DNA of 64,000 nucleotides from a virus: IMG/VR virus record IMGVR_UViG_3300009509_000015, positions 11,361 to 75,360 of that record; one strand, 5' to 3'. Shown piece by piece: positions 63,754 to 64,000 of this stretch (position 1 is its first letter; each line of letters starts with the position of its first letter). The notes under the pieces were generated by a model. It saw only the letters and a program-made list of their open reading frames with translations, ran no database searches and was not told where the DNA came from. The position numbers and the translations under genes were made by a program.

Positions 63754-64000
63754 GCTGTCTCCTCTGCTGGCACTACTAATAAATTCTCTGATAATGATAT
63801 TGAAAAGATATAACCAGCTTTTGCAGTTTCCATATCTGGTGCTATAATTTCGCCAGCTTCTACCCATTTATAGCTCATGTATATTTTATCTTTCAATACT
63901 GGACTTTTTACATATAGTGATCCATTCAAACCTCCTAAAGCTTTAAGCTCATTAGCCAGTGCATACTTATCTATTTTTAATAAATTAAATATATCTAATC

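Overview
A 64-kb segment of an AT-rich tailed dsDNA phage with a long tape measure and no sheath gene, so probably a siphovirus. No integrase is visible. Several proteins suggest a Chloroflexota (Anaerolineae-like) host (inference). Layout: (1) 1-16.8 kb (+): 17 tRNA genes among small accessory ORFs, interrupted by a fibre operon (a 124-aa subunit, three large proteins carrying about 63 GxGTL repeats, and a BppU-like protein). (2) 16.9-24.7 kb (+): replication and recombination genes (family A DNA polymerase, DnaB-like ATPase, ERF). (3) 24.8-53.8 kb (-): phosphoesterase, lysis, tail, head, portal and terminase genes. A cassette of a ~400-nt structured RNA, three small ORFs and a DEDDh exonuclease sits between terL and portal. 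(4) 53.9-64 kb: SSB, RNase H, HNH, resolvase, class II RNR and membrane/secreted accessory genes. Main observations: a lectin-like domain split twice across consecutive fibre genes, suggesting a fibre chain linked by strand complementation; a putative late promoter TTnnCA-N17-ATTGTAG with a possible split, permuted sigma factor; the large structured ncRNA; a start-less HTH frame reachable by a -1 shift from a membrane protein; and tRNAs that supply stop codons or SD sequences for neighbouring ORFs. All calls come from reading the sequence; no searches were run.
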